A stretch of 63,658 nucleotides of DNA, filler included, from Diploschistes diacapsis (lineage: Eukaryota), in assembly GCA_023645945.1 (NCBI GenBank). It is 28 parts of 28 records of this genome, joined end to end, with 100 filler letters (N's around TTAATTAATTAA, not from the genome) between each part and the next. Parts side by side here need not be neighbours in the genome. Positions count along the whole stretch, not along the records: positions 7,821 to 29,429 come from JALAIB010000305.1; positions 29,530 to 30,991 come from JALAIB010003050.1; positions 31,092 to 32,553 come from JALAIB010003051.1; positions 32,654 to 34,114 come from JALAIB010003052.1; positions 34,215 to 35,674 come from JALAIB010003053.1; positions 35,775 to 37,233 come from JALAIB010003054.1; 22 more parts are not named here. One strand, given 5' to 3'. The translations under genes were made by a program, and so were the position numbers. How positions within the stretch are numbered: the first letter of the stretch is position 1; each line of letters starts with the position of its first letter. The notes under the pieces are model-generated. The model worked only from the letters and a program-made list of their open reading frames with translations, searched no databases and was not told the DNA's origin. Below, piece after piece: positions 23,337 through 37,098 of this stretch.

Positions 23337-24884
23337 ATGCCACCCTCTAATCGACCCTCGAGGGTCTTCGCCGCTACAATCTTTATCTTCCTTATATTTT
23401 TCATCTTCCACCATGTTCGACAGGTTCCAGCTGAGGCAGTGGACACGTATTTCCCAGATGCGTCAAGAATGGAGCCCGATTACAAGCCATTATCTGACGA
23501 ACAACATTCGTCCAGACCCTTCTTCGGCTCTCCTGGGGCCGGCGTTCTGGCGCCTCCGGTAGCCGAGCCAGAAGACAGCTCGGAAGTCAAGCCGGAACTC
23601 GTCGAAAATGCATATAGATTACCCACCGCAGACTCGTTTCGAACGCATTTCAGGGCCGTTACTCAATTGCAAGGGATGTCGGTGGAGGAAGCCAAATCCA
23701 GCTGTCAATGGCCGGAAATGAGCGAGGTCAACTTCCAATTCCTTGAAAATGATCATGAATGGGTGAAGCAGGATCCAAGCGATGCGGAGGTCGAGGCGCA
23801 GAGAAAGAAATGGCATGATTTCGTAGACAACAGGCTGGTGCCGTACGAAGATCACAAGAGTCGATTCGAGGGTCGAGGTATAGTTATTGTTGCTGGGAAT
23901 GAACAAAGCCTGAAGCGGGTGAAAGTTGTTCTCCGAGCACTGAAAAAGCTGGGGTCCAACCTACCAATTGAAATTCATTATTGGGCGGATGAGATGACTG
24001 AGGACTACAAGGAGGACATTTCTGCCATGTGGCCAGAGCTGGCTTTCAATGATCTCTCGGCGCCATCAAACGTTCTCAAGACTAACCATGATGGGCTTTT
24101 CATTAATTACCAGCTGAAGACGGCCGCCGTGGTGAACTCACGCTTTGCGGAGCCACTTCTGCTCGACTCGGACAACATCCCCGTTATGGACCCGACGTCG
24201 TTATTTGAATCCTCGGTCTATAGAGAGTACGGTACTTTGTTTTGGCCGGACATCGCGCGAACACGTCCCAACAATCCAATCTGGAGCGTCACGAATACTC
24301 GATGTCGCACGTACGAGTACGAGCAGGAGAGCGGGCAAATGATTGTGGACAAACGACGCTATTGGTACCACCTCCAGCTCGCGGCTTGGATGAACAACGA
24401 AAGTGGTGAATACTACAACAGGTACCTGCTTGGAGATAAGGACACCTTTCGCTTTGCGTGGCATGCGTTGCGGACCGAATATGGTTCGCCATCGAAATGG
24501 CTTACAAGTGTCGGCACCATTGCAGATGATGGGTTTTATTGCGGTCATAGCTTCGCGCAGTATCATCCGGACGGGGGTGTCGCATTTTTGCACGGAGGTC
24601 TGATCAAGACAATGGCCAAAGAGGTTATTAAATGGCAGCGGGATAGCCGCGGAGGCGTCTTTCAAGTTTACAAGAAAAGCGACTACGACGAGCAACATTT
24701 TATCAACGTCAACGTCTCAATCAAAGCGGACCCGGCAACATATTTGCCGGATAGGCCGGAGAATCTGGCCGTAGCTCTGTGTACAGATTTCCACCAGGTT
24801 ACTGCGCGGCCGATGGATGAGTTGGCGTCTGGGTTCGAAGAGACGTTCCGGGAGATTGGCGGTTATTGGATGCTCGACGATTAA
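23337..24884 (+). CDS. GT71 family alpha-mannosyltransferase (Mnn2/Mnn5-like), type II membrane protein
   Basis: N-terminal TM anchor. Motifs GRGIVIVAG, LPIEI, LLLDSDN (DxD), LFWPD, EQESGQMIVDK and GDKDTFRFAW. First ATG at 23337. Confidence 0.9.
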   Translation: MPPSNRPSRVFAATIFIFLIFFIFHHVRQVPAEAVDTYFPDASRMEPDYKPLSDEQHSSRPFFGSPGAGVLAPPVAEPEDSSEVKPELVENAYRLPTADSFRTHFRAVTQLQGMSVEEAKSSCQWPEMSEVNFQFLENDHEWVKQDPSDAEVEAQRKKWHDFVDNRLVPYEDHKSRFEGRGIVIVAGNEQSLKRVKVVLRALKKLGSNLPIEIHYWADEMTEDYKEDISAMWPELAFNDLSAPSNVLKTNHDGLFINYQLKTAAVVNSRFAEPLLLDSDNIPVMDPTSLFESSVYREYGTLFWPDIARTRPNNPIWSVTNTRCRTYEYEQESGQMIVDKRRYWYHLQLAAWMNNESGEYYNRYLLGDKDTFRFAWHALRTEYGSPSKWLTSVGTIADDGFYCGHSFAQYHPDGGVAFLHGGLIKTMAKEVIKWQRDSRGGVFQVYKKSDYDEQHFINVNVSIKADPATYLPDRPENLAVALCTDFHQVTARPMDELASGFEETFREIGGYWMLDD

Positions 24885-25716
24885 TTTGATGATCATACTA
24901 TTCTCAAAAGGTTCTGGGAGGAGCTGGACTGCTCCTATAAATAGAGACGATATACGTAACAACGCGATTCGAGAAAGGTAAATTGGGGCTATAATGAGCG
25001 GTTCGAATAGCCCAAGTAATTTGTTGAGCGATATGAAAATTAAGAACATGGTAAAATGTAAGCGAAGACTTACCTTCAGCCCGTGCTGGATGGCAAAGGG
25101 ACAACAAGATACAAGATATCAGAAGCTTTCCTACATTCCTTTCCAATCGGATGCACCTCCAGCGAGAACCTCCACGTGCACCGCCACAGACACCGCCACA
25201 GATCGGCATTTGCGCCACACCTTGGAGGCGCTGATCTTTGAGCTAGTGAAGCAACGCAGAGAAAGCCATTGGTGGATGCAGCACACCTCATTGGAGCAAT
25301 TCGGGGGTTTGAGTACGTGGATGCCATCATAGCAGGCTTAGCAGCACATCTTGTAGGGATTCTATAAAAGCAAACGACGATGAAGGATCACAAATGCGAA
25401 ACAGGAAGAAATCGACGGTCTCATGATTTGACCGGATCGCTGCCAAGGCACGAAGCTCTCGCGTTATTTTGTAGATAGCAAATATGGGGATGACGTAGCT
25501 CGTTCTCAACGCTTTTTTTATTGTCCGCCCAGCCCAGGTTTCTTGGGCGAAGCTTAACAAGCCACTACTTAAAGTAACATTTCCTCCGCCCTTTGCAAAA
25601 CACTCACTGTTGAACTTTAGCACAACCGCATTTGCAAGCCTTTACAACAACAACCTCCTGACCCCCCGACCAAGTCAATTCGCACAAGCATACTCTCACA
25701 GTCCAAATCTATCGAC

Positions 25717-26078
25717 ATGGCTTTCACTGCCTCCGACATCTGCAAGATCATGTATGCTAAGCCCGAAGCCAGATTTTCCCTTGCGCGTAAAGATCAAGTT
25801 ATGTTAATCTTAGGATAGCCTCGCTGTCATCTTCCCCCCTCTGGGAGTTTTCCTTGAGCGTGGATGCGGTAGCGACTTGCTCATTAACGTAAGTCAACTC
25901 CTATTAATTTCCTGACTGGAAAAATAGCTGACATATTCTAGGTCCTGCTCACTGTCTTGGGTTACATCCCAGGTATCGTTCACGCCCTGTAAGTTACTTG
26001 ATGATATACAGTCTTTGCGCAAAACGTTATGAAGCCGGGGCTGACAAAGGCCAAAGGTACATCATCTTGAAGTATTGA
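25717..26078 (+). CDS. PMP3: Plasma membrane proteolipid 3 (57 aa), four exons
   Basis: Exons 25717-25751, 25819-25888, 25942-25988 and 26057-26078 give MAFTASDICKIILAVIFPPLGVFLERGCGSDLLINVLLTVLGYIPGIVHALYIILKY. Confidence 0.93.
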
Positions 26079-27365
26079 GCGTGACCGAGCGTCCTTCACT
26101 TCGCATGCCACTTTCTTTGAGAGCCGACACATCTCTCAAGTCATCGATACCCAGCTTGTACATGCTATTATTCAGGGAGTTGTTTAGCAGATAGCACAAC
26201 ATTCATCGATTTCCATTGCCTGCTCCATCTCGGTAGTACTGGTCAAGACGGTTGGCTTTGACAGTACTCCGTACTACTTGACGTGTGCACGGTACGAATG
26301 ATCCGACAAGTTATTCAGTTGGAGCTGCTGTCAAGGGGTGCTTGGAGTCTGTATTGTGAAAACTACGAGCCATGAACAGCTGGTTGAGTTAGTAAAGCGC
26401 AACGATGCGATTCAAATTTCTTTTTTTACATACTTGCATGCTTGAGCGAATACTATACATCTTGCTGCAGGGTTTCCACAAGCTCTGACCGTAGTTTCTC
26501 CATATAATAGTGTATACGACATAGCGATCATGGTGGCCCAAGCGCTGCGCAGCTCTATTCTGTGAGTTTGCGAATTCTAGGTCGGGCAGGTCAGTGGAAA
26601 GCATCAGCCCTTCAAGAAGTCTTAAAAATGTTGACTTGGGCTTGAAGTAGATAGTAGCAAAGCCATGAAGGAGGCTTGACGCTGACGCTAAAAATAGCTA
26701 CAGCCCTAACAGCTTTGGATTGGTCATGGAAGGACACAAGGCCCGCAGCACACGGCGCCTATTCTCCTCAAATTCTCCTCCACACTTCTCACCATCACCC
26801 CAGGAATGTCCATTCAGACTCCCTGTACTTTTTTCAGAGCTTCATGGATAGCGTCCTATCCCATCGCCAGCTTCTCAGCGGTTCAATCCAGCATCGACTC
26901 CCATTTCTGGTCTGCTATGCCGTCACCGCAGGTTCGCGGCGCGTACAAGGCACGCTCCTGTACCGACCACCTTCATGATGAAAAGCTCTCCATGGCAAGG
27001 TCTTTCTCGGCGTCAGGTTTTCGCATTCTCCTTTGCTTCTGCTTTTCAATTCCGGCCGCTGCTGGGCCAGCTTTCCTTTCTCATCTCTTTTCTTAATATA
27101 ATGTATTTACCGAGTGTATAATATCAGTATATCTCAAATGTCGAGGGCCAAGTCTTTGAAGCCTCATAAGTAAGTCATTGCCTCTTTCAGGTGCTTCGCC
27201 GCCTTCAACATACTTGCTGTGGAGGGGCTGCCACCGCACAGCCCTTTGATTCTAGCCTCCGTGTGTCCTTGATAACACAGTTTTGGCCTTTCTGAAGCCG
27301 CAATTAGCTCACTGTGCCAGCCCGTATCGATAACACGCTGACGATGGGTTTAGTCTTCCTGCACC

Positions 27366-29429
27366 ATGTTGGCGGCTCTTTTCTTATGTTTATCGCTTTT
27401 AATCGATCTGACGTTGGCTGGTCCACGGTTATATTCTCTACTCCCCTCTCAAAAGTTCGCTTCCGTACCTCAGTGTGCCTCTTCCTGCCTAGAAGAGTTC
27501 ATTGCCACTTCCTTTCCGACTTCGACGTGTCCAGAGCAGGGAGACATTGCTTGTCTCTGCACCAGCAATAGCCTCTCGGGGTTTACATTGGGGGAAGGTG
27601 CACTGCAGTGCGTTGCTGCTAGTTGTCAAAACGTGCCTGTTTCCGAGTACCAAGCGGCGTATGCGGTTTGCGCCAACGTCCCTAATGCCGCTCCTGAAAC
27701 TCACGGCACCATCTCAGCAACCATGGCTTCTCCTTCGACGATTCTTTTCAACCCAGGAAGCAGTCCAACTTCGTCAGCAAGCAGTGCTGCTCCCGCTTCC
27801 GACAGCTCTGCCAGCGTATCATCCACCATAACGGCCTTGGTCACCAACACTGCCAGCCCCTCTCAGCAGACTGGTTCTTTTTCAATTCGATTTTCTGGGA
27901 CTTTGGATCCCTCTTCCGGGTCCCCAGAGTGGTCAATGAGTTTGGCCACTGCCACGGGTATTGTCGCAACCCCACAAGCCGCCTCCTCTACCGCGCTTGC
28001 AGCGCGTCCAGTCCTGGACACTTCACAAGTGATAGGCGTTTCCATCGCCGGAGGCGTACTTTTGCTGGCTGCAGTAGGCGTTTTGTTCTTCATCTTTTGC
28101 GCGAAGCGAAGAAAGGAGGCTAGACGGAACAGTGCATCCTCCTTCGGGGGCGACGAGATTATCGGAGGTGCTCCGAATATTTTCGACAAGAATCTTGGAG
28201 GGGATAGTCCCCACCCTACAAGCGCACAGCCAAATTATGTCTCGCCCAAAGCCCAGCAAATTCTCGGACCCGATTTGAACAGATGGAATCTTTGGCACAG
28301 GGCGCCAAAGCCCCAAGATATCGGTCTCGCGATAACGCCAAGGCTTGAGCAAGGATTTGTGTCGAAAACATCACCTGCAAGCATAGCTAGCTACCAAACG
28401 ACGTCAAGACTTTTGCCAGACAAACCGATATATCCTCAAGGACAAGCTCCAATGTGGCGGCCTTTCCTTCCACCTATCTCTCGCAAAGCTGTTCCTCCAC
28501 CTCTTCCTCGAAGACCTGTTCGCTTCGCTGGGGGTGTAGGACTGCGGATAGTCAACCCAACACCAACTGCTTCAAGCTCCAACTCGAAGGAATTACGCCA
28601 AAGTCCACACTCGAGTCCGGAGTCGGTTCACAGTGGGCCAATTATCAACCGACAGCCCTCAGACCCTTTTTTCCGGCCTACCGAAAATTCTCTGCTAAAA
28701 CCCAAGGCAACGGGATTAAGGAGGGCCTCCAGAAATGATCTACCTCGCCTCCTGACCTCGACCAGCCAGCGTACTGCAACTGGATGGGATCAGAGTACGC
28801 CACAGTCTCTATCTCGACCGCGCGCTGCATACAATCCTGCTGAATATGCACGCGTGATGCAACAACCATCCCAGCAGTCAGTATGGAAACCTGCAGCCCA
28901 CCCGACAGCACAACCTCCACGACCGCAGCGGGCAGGCAACAATCTTCATTTCCCGACACATCCCCAGTACATGCCGTACGATCCGTTAGCCGTCGCACAA
29001 GAACCCACCTTCAACAAATACGCTCCGATCAAGACCTTAAAATCTAGTAACATACGGCCCCTCACGTATCTAACCACCGGCTCGGAAACAAGCTTCGAAG
29101 ACGACAACGACGGGGACGACGCTCGCATCTCGGCTGCGTGGCCCATGTCAGCAGCCATCGAGCCCGTCCTTTCGCCAGTCGCCGAGTCACCTCGAGGGCA
29201 CTCACAAGCGCAAGCTTCACCGCAACCGCAGCCGCATCCGCATGCCCATCCGCGTCCCCATCAACAACCACAACCCCTCAGCCAAATCCGCTACCCACCT
29301 ATCCCGCGTAAACCTTCCTCCAAAAAAACTCTACGCAGCTCCCCCGCAAAACCTTCTCCCCACTCTCACTCTCCCGCCAGGCCCTCTCCAAAACCCAGCA
29401 TCTCCCCCTTCAGCACAACCTCCAACGCG
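27366..29429 (+). CDS. CFEM-domain single-pass membrane protein, 3' truncated by gap
   Basis: Signal peptide, eight-Cys CFEM domain (PQCASSC...CPEQGDIACLC...QCVAASC...VC), Ser/Thr stalk, TM helix followed by KRRK, and a long Pro/Ser-rich tail. Confidence 0.85.
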
Positions 29430-31091
29430 NNNNNNNNNNNNNNNNNNNNNNNNNNNNNNNNNNNNNNNNNNNNTTAATTAATTAANNNNNNNNNNNNNNN
29501 NNNNNNNNNNNNNNNNNNNNNNNNNNNNNTCTATATCCTACTCGGTTCTTCTATCGTCTAAAATAATGTTACGAATGATTTATAATTTCATAATTTAAAA
29601 AATATATTTATTCGGGATTTCAATAATTAATAAATATCTCGCTTATAGCTCGTCGACTTACCGATTTATAAATATAATGTTCTTTATAATAAACGTCGCA
29701 AGTTAGGCGAGTCGTTAAGATATAGTTATAGAAATATATACGAGTTAGGATCTATTTCGTATACCGAATATAGGCGAATTCCTTTAACTCATGTTTCGAG
29801 GTGGCGATGCGTTGGCTTATTAGTAATAATACGATGACACGTCGCTATCTTTATCTTTCTAGAGCGAATGCCCTTATCTTTAAAGGTAATAAAGACGTCT
29901 TCGCTTTTAGATATAATAATAAAGATTCGATAAGAATAAAATAAATAACTAACGAGAATAAGAACAAAGAAAGAAAAGAAAAGATAAAGAAAATAAAACC
30001 TTTATACTAAATCCACGCTAGTAATGAATCAATAATAATAATATATCAAAATGTTAACGACTTGCCGTCGACGCGCTAGCCAGGAGTTAATAAACATTAA
30101 ATAAAATTATATATTAATAATTAATATTATTAGGATATAAAAGATTAACGACACGTTAAAGATCTATTATCGTATAATTAATAATAAAGGTACGTTACGA
30201 GGGTTAAACGTTCTGAGGACAGAGTTTAGGAAAAAAAAAGGTAATTGTAATACGTAGAACCCAATAAAGGGCTACTAGAAGGTATGTTAAGTATATACCA
30301 AGGCCCGCTAGCGTGTTCTTATATAAGAACAGAGTTTTCGTAGACAGAGATAGTTCTTTAGAAGTTATTTCATCAATATATCTATCGTCTAACAGAGACC
30401 TAGCTAGCGAATAGCCACTTATCTGCCTTATTGTCACACTGTAGTATTAACCTTTACATTAAGATTAATCTTTTTCGCCTAATTTAGAAATTTCGACGAC
30501 GACGCGTTTTTTTTTAACGATTTCTTTTTTTCGCGAGACTTCTGCGGTTACTGACCGTAAAGACTCCGTTAATATCTCGTTATATATTAATAATTCCCGT
30601 CGCGATAAAATAACGGTGTCCGTTAGATCTACGGCTGCTATCGATCTTCTAATATCTCGAAATATAATCGCGGTTTTTCGCTTTTTTTTCGTTATTTTAT
30701 CGGACCATTACTCTATTAAAAAAAAAGAAATTAAAACTATAAAAGATAAAATACAGTAATATAATAATAATAATTATAATATTCATAAACTAATCTTTAA
30801 AGAAAAAAAGAGGAAATCCTTCTATAAACACGTCTCTTATAACCTACGGTCTTAAAGCGGCCTTAGCGGGGCGTTAGGACTGAGTTCCTCCGCTCGCCCG
30901 GAGGACTGTCACAGCTATCTATTACATAATCTCAATTTAAAAAATAAACGTCTTATTTTCTTTAAACTTAACTAAATTAGTTTTAATAACCNNNNNNNNN
31001 NNNNNNNNNNNNNNNNNNNNNNNNNNNNNNNNNNNTTAATTAATTAANNNNNNNNNNNNNNNNNNNNNNNNNNNNNNNNNNNNNNNNNNNN

Positions 31092-31735
31092 GAATAACTC
31101 GTAGTTAATAAGTAATTAATGATTGATATAAAAAGTAATCCTTTATAATAAAAATAAAAGTAATCGATTAAATTTAACAGCGGTTTAATTAAACTTCTAT
31201 GATTAACGAGTAATCGAATAAATCTAGAAATAATTCGGTTAAATCTCGATAATTATTAAAGATATCGAAATGATTTAGTAACGATAGGCTGAATATCGAT
31301 AATTATTGAAAGATTAAATCGGTTCAACGGCGACAAGATTAGATATCCATTATTATCGATATCGAAATAGTTTAATAGTAATTTAACTGAATTTCGATAA
31401 TTAATAAGAAATTCGACCAGATCTAACAGCGTAAGTAATAATCCTGTTAGGTATTAAAGGTTGTCGGAAAGTATCGAGTCGGTCTAGTAACGATAAAGCT
31501 AGATATCGATTATTATCGGAAATATCGAGATGATTTAGCGTAATTTAGCTGATTCTTAATAATGGATAAGATCGAAAGGGTTCAGCAGCGACGATAACGA
31601 TTTTATTAGTTTTTAAGGATTGATAAGAGATTCGATTAGGTTTAGTAGAGAAGGTAGCGGCTTTGCTGGGTATTGAAGGTTGTTAAGGTGATCGATAGGG
31701 TTCAGCGTGGTTTAGCTGAACTTCGATATTATTAA
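31092..31735 (-). repeat. Degenerate ~50-65-bp tandem array (internal region of a non-coding Copia-B derivative)
   Basis: Reverse complement of the arrays at 34635-34945 and 51910-52345. Confidence 0.7.
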
Positions 31736-31959
31736 AGAGAAAAAAAGGAAAAATTTTTTTGATCTATATAAATGAATCTAGATTTAAGTATTTTTTATTT
31801 TAATATATTTTATGTTAGCGTATTAAGGTCCCGCGATCTTTTATAATAATATATTTTCTACTTTTAAATCAGTTTATTTTAAAGTCTTATAATTTAGATT
31901 TTAGGTTTTCGGACCTCTCCGATTTAGATTTTTTTTAAATAAAATTTGAGACAGCCCAG

Positions 31960-32255
31960 CCCAGGGGTTTGCCAAGCCACGGCAGGGTTAGTGCCCAGGG
32001 GCTTGTCAAGCCACGGCAGGGTCAATGCCCAGGTGCTTGCCAAGACACGGCAGGGTCAGGAAGTGGCTGTGTAGATGGGTAGTCCCCGAACCCCGGTAGG
32101 CCTGACACCCATACTACTTAACGGTACCCTCCTTTTATTTAGATAGTTTCTTCTTCAACTTTTTAAATCGAGATCTTTTACTTATAGATGCCCAAGCTAC
32201 ACCTAATCCTTCCGGATTAGGCCTAGTTCCTAATAAAATAACATCCTTTCTTACG
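31960..32255. repeat. Dispersed element with 34-bp tandem repeats (3 copies here, ~5 at 51480-51670), probably an LTR
   Basis: Unit CCCAGGGGCTTGCCAAGCCACGGCAGGGTTAGTG starts at 31960, 31994 and 32028. The downstream ~190 bp is shared with 51670-51875. Confidence 0.8.
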
Positions 32256-32653
32256 CTAGCGTTTTATATTTAAAAAATTCATTTTATTTTCGTACTCGTG
32301 ACGAGAGTTTAAAACGTTAACCGAATATTAAGTATTCGAATGAGTTTACGATAATTGGAATTCAAAAGTATTACCCGCCGACTTATTATGAACAATGGTT
32401 CCCGCTGATAGAAAAAATTAAAAGAAAAGGAAAGAATTAATAATATTTCCGTCTTTTAAAAAATTAATCGAGATACTATCGATTAAAGAGTACGATTCAA
32501 TAAACGAATCGTTAATTAAAGAATAATTCGTAAAATATCTCGCGTTATAACAANNNNNNNNNNNNNNNNNNNNNNNNNNNNNNNNNNNNNNNNNNNNTTA
32601 ATTAATTAANNNNNNNNNNNNNNNNNNNNNNNNNNNNNNNNNNNNNNNNNNNN

Positions 32654-33130
32654 GAATATTAACATTAACACCGCATTATAATAAAAATACGGACACGGAC
32701 ACCGTAATAAAAATTTTCTCTGCACGGAAATTAACACGGACACTACATTATAATAAAAGCACGGACACGGACACCGCAGTAAAATTTTTTTAAAAAAATA
32801 AAAGCGTGAGAAATAGGCGTGATAATTCCAAAATTATTAAAATTAAAAAAATAATTTAAAGTATTTCGGTGAATGCACGGATACGGATACTATAATAAAA
32901 AATTTTTCGACACGGACACTAACACGGACATTATATTATAATAAAAATACGAACACGAACACTATAATTAAAAATTTTAAAATATTAATATTAACACGGA
33001 CACTACACTTTCGTAAATCCACGGACACGGATACCGTAATTAAAAAATCTAAAACACGGACACTGACACTGACACTGTCAGTATCCGTGTCACTGACACG
33101 GCCGTGTCAGTGTCAGTGACGGCCAGCCTA
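32654..33130. mobile_element. hAT-like non-autonomous element end with dense subterminal CACGGACA repeats
   Basis: Terminus CGGCCAGCCTA and palindrome CACTGACACGGCCGTGTCAGTG. Further copies at 50941-51245, 55732-55906 and 56007-56376. Confidence 0.65.
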
Positions 33131-33393
33131 GATTAGATTTTAATTACGACGAACAAGTTATATCTAAAAACTGTAGAATGTTAGCGGTAGTGATTTAAAG
33201 TGACCGGAATCTGGGGGTGGCCGGAATCCCCGTGAAACACGTTATATAATATTTTTACTTTATTCGTCGTAATCGTTATAATTACGTTCGGACGGAATAT
33301 ATTAACATATGTACATCCGTTTAACTTAAAGGTTCGTGTCTTGAAATTCATCTTTAAATTATAAATATTTAATTAAAAAATTTCGAGAATAAT

Positions 33394-33848
33394 TGTTATG
33401 ATCTATATCTATACAAGGTATACACGAGTAGGATCAAGGTGGGTTTGGTTTCTGTTAGAAAAGGAGTGTGGTAGGAAAAGAAGATAGAGTAATTATAAGT
33501 TTTAGACTATTTCTGAAAAGAAAGTTCTTTAATAATAAAGATAACGAATATAAATTGATCCCGAGTAATAATTAAGGATATTTATAAAAATGAACATGTT
33601 CTTTTTTACGAAGGTAAAGTCGTGTTTATATATAATTAGCTCGCTCGCCGTTTATTATAAATTTAACGAACGATATTTTCGAGACTCGCCGCTTACGAAA
33701 ATAAACGCGATTATCGAGTAGTAACGAAAATTTACTCGCCGTTTACGAGAATAAACGCGAGTAGTGAGCGTATTACGTGATCTTTAATCTCGTAATTGAT
33801 TTATATATAAAGCTAAGACGTGTTAAGTCTAATATTTAGATCGTAATA
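33394..33848 (-). mobile_element. Complete Gypsy family-A LTR
   Basis: Full-length match to 526-980. Confidence 0.85.
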
Positions 33849-34634
33849 TTATCTTTTTTCTTTAGTATTATCGGCCCGATGATTCGCCGAAAAGTTTAAT
33901 ATAAATATTAAATAAAAAAGAATCTTAAGTCGTAAAACAACGATGTTTTTTTTAACTTCTCGTAACCGATTCGTCGAACGAATTTAACTTTCCCGTTCTA
34001 TCGCTCGCTACAAAATCCTTACTACTTCTTTTTATAAATATTACTTTTTTAACGATAAGTTCTGTTTCGTGATACCATCTAATTCTAAAGTTCTGAAATG
34101 TTCGAAATATGCACNNNNNNNNNNNNNNNNNNNNNNNNNNNNNNNNNNNNNNNNNNNNTTAATTAATTAANNNNNNNNNNNNNNNNNNNNNNNNNNNNNN
34201 NNNNNNNNNNNNNNATATTAAATAAAGTAAATTTAATCTTTAATAAGAAAATAGTATAAAAGAAGAAGAAATAAATCGATTATAAATCTCTATTAATTTT
34301 TAAAAAGATTATTATTTAATAATAAAAGATAACGAATATAAATTAATCTCGAATAATCGTTAAAAATATATATAAAAATAAATATACCCCGATTTATAAA
34401 AGCTATAACGCGTTTTTATATAATTAACTATTCTTTAATGGAATAAATCAGTAAATAAATAAAAATTATTATTCTCCCGTTTTATCTATAAAAAATAAAA
34501 TAGCCTCTAAGGCTTTTTATTTATTACGTAATCAATGTCACCATGATTGGACTATATACAAAGAGTGGTTGGGTTAGGCCCGATCAGCTGTGAAGTGCCA
34601 AGTGGACTACTACCTAGTCACTTGGATTGTAACA

Positions 34635-35328
34635 ATTTAGTACTGAACTTTATCGATCATCTTGACAACTTTCGATATCTAGCAGAGTCGTTATCTTCTC
34701 TGCTGAACCTAGTCGAATTTCTTGTTAATTTTCGATAATTAGCAGTACCGTTATTTTCGCTGCTGGACTTAGTCGAAAGTCTTTTTAACCTTCGAAATCT
34801 AGCCGAAACGTTATCTCCGCCGCTGGAACCTTTCGAACTTCGTTAATGTCGATATTCAGCTTTATCGCTGATGAATTTTATTCGATATTTTCGGACAATT
34901 ATCGAAGCTCGACTGTATTAGAACTGAACCCATTCGATTAAAAAAGATAATAAGATAAAAGACAAGTTATTTAATGACCGGGTTGCTTATAACATACGAA
35001 GCCGCTTCATTACTCGAAGTAAGAAAATCGGTTTAGGTTAAATGGACTAGACATGCTGGGTAATTCCGCCTATAAAAAAGTGTTGAGCGGACAGGCAGAA
35101 GGCATGGCAGGCTCGACCCAATTCCGGAAGGTTTAGGACAGATGAACCAGGAAGTTCAGTTTAGTTGAACTTCCCCCCCCGAACCTGCTGGGATTCTGGC
35201 TAGACCGGTTCGGGAGTAGCGAGGGCAGTAGGGCTTAGCGCCCACCGTGGAGGATAAAAGTCTGTACAGTAGGATATTTCCTAGGATAAGACCTCTAGAC
35301 TTCAATATATTCATTACGTTGCCAAACA
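34635..35328 (+). mobile_element. Copia family-B 3' LTR (35081-35328) preceded by tandem-array internal region
   Basis: PPT-like CCGCCTATAAAAAAG, then TGTTGAGCGG...CATTACGTTGCCAAACA. Near-colinear with 51910-52757. Confidence 0.8.
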
Positions 35329-35774
35329 GATTCGATAAATATAAACTTCGCTTAAAACCAAAAAAATACGTATTTAATAAAACAGAAGTTAACTTTTTAA
35401 AACACGTTGTAAAACGAGATAACATTAAGATCGACCCGAAAAAAGTATAATCGATTTTTAAATAATTAATCCTAAAAAACGTAAAAGATATGTAGTCTTT
35501 TTTAAAATTCGTTAACTATAATCGACAATTTATTAAAGATTATTTAAAAATAATAGAACCATTAATAAAATTTATTAAAAAAGATTTATTTTATTAGTAA
35601 ATATAAGATCAAGAACAGACCTTTCGAAAACTTAAAGACCTAACGGTTAACGCGCCTATCCTAAAATTTTATAANNNNNNNNNNNNNNNNNNNNNNNNNN
35701 NNNNNNNNNNNNNNNNNNTTAATTAATTAANNNNNNNNNNNNNNNNNNNNNNNNNNNNNNNNNNNNNNNNNNNN

Positions 35775-36540
35775 ATATAACGTTTAACATATTTTTCTAT
35801 TAAAGAGAATCTCTTTTTTAATAAACCTTTCTGAACTTCTATGTCAAAAATGGTAAGTTTAGGAAACCTTATGTTTAGATTAATAAATTAACGTGAACAT
35901 TACACTAACTTGAGATCTAAAAGAATATATGAAACTTCTTATGTCGACTTATTTTTTTCGACAAGTAGAATATTCAGCAGCTTGGATGCAACCGAAAGTT
36001 GAAAATTTAGTTAATTTAGCCGGCTTCCGTTGATAATGTCTTTTAAAAGTTTAAAATAGGTTTTAAACTTCTTTTTAACTTTGCTGGCATATTTTGCGAC
36101 ATATTTAATTAGGGCGTAAGTATTTATATAAAAAGATACATTGATATTCGTTTTTTAATCTAAACTGAACGCCGGAATATAATTATTAATTAAATAATTA
36201 TTACGCCGAGATATAAAAGAATAATAAAAAGAATCAAGGCTTTTATTTATCGTAATAATATTTCGCTGTTATTTAAAGAAATAAAAGCGACAGATAATAC
36301 GATTAATACTCTTAATATCACGAAGATAATAGATTTCTTCGTATCTGCTATAACGCTAAAAGTAGTTTAAATAATCCGTAAGATCAGCAGCAGTATTTCT
36401 TTATTAATAAAACGGAAGCGAAAAAAGATACGCGCCGAAATAACGATAATTCAGTTCAGGATTTAGAGCCACGATATATGTATTCTAGAAGTAAGTTAAT
36501 GTATACCGTAGTCGTTACGTAGCCGTTGAAGTTTTTAGAC
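35775..36540 (-). mobile_element. Probable Helitron Rep/helicase remnant
   Basis: The minus strand reads YVAKYASK...ST*EVSYILLDLKLV*CSR*FINLN. This resembles the Helitron Y-x-x-KY and SAQE segments, but it is heavily RIP-mutated. Confidence 0.5.
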
Positions 36541-36552
36541 CGTTAGCGATTT

Positions 36553-37098
36553 TGTTGAAAGTGAAAGTGGAAGTGGGATGACTAAATAGGTAAGTAATGA
36601 CTAGGGAAATAATGCTAAGTACAATAGTAATGTATTACTATTGTATGAGGTAATGAATGAAGATGAAGATAGTATTAGTAATGATAGGAGGTGAGAGATC
36701 TTTAATAGACACATTTCACCTAACTAACGTCTAGTGATTACTAATACATGTAATCTCCGATATAATGTTGGATTATAAATCAAACATTATTCGCCCCATA
36801 ATCAAACATATTAGTGGATCTAATATTGCCAATATAGTGGATCTAATTTCCCCTTATATTAGATCCATGATACTAGTATTATTAGATCATTAATCTAATA
36901 TTTAGACCAATGATCTAATGATCTAGACCATTTGCAATCCCACCTAGTAGTCCATAACTACTAGTAAGATGTTTGACTATAGTTAGTAGGATGTTCAACA
37001 GTTGTTAGTGACGTGTCCTGAAGGGTTAAAGAACCTTCAGGGTCCTACTAATATTAACTAGTTAGACAGACTAACCCATTTAGGTTAGTAATCTGACA
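36553..37098 (-). mobile_element. Copia family-C solo LTR with 5-bp TSD
   Basis: TGTTGAAA...CTGACA flanked by GATTT on both sides. Homologous to 56637-57151. Confidence 0.88.

Noticed and set aside
24900..25650. Short ORFs between the GT71 gene and PMP3
   Set aside because: No recognisable domain, codon bias or consistent splice model.
31960..32060. 34-bp repeats as a CRISPR array
   Set aside because: Head-to-tail units with no spacers, no cas genes, and a eukaryotic TE context.
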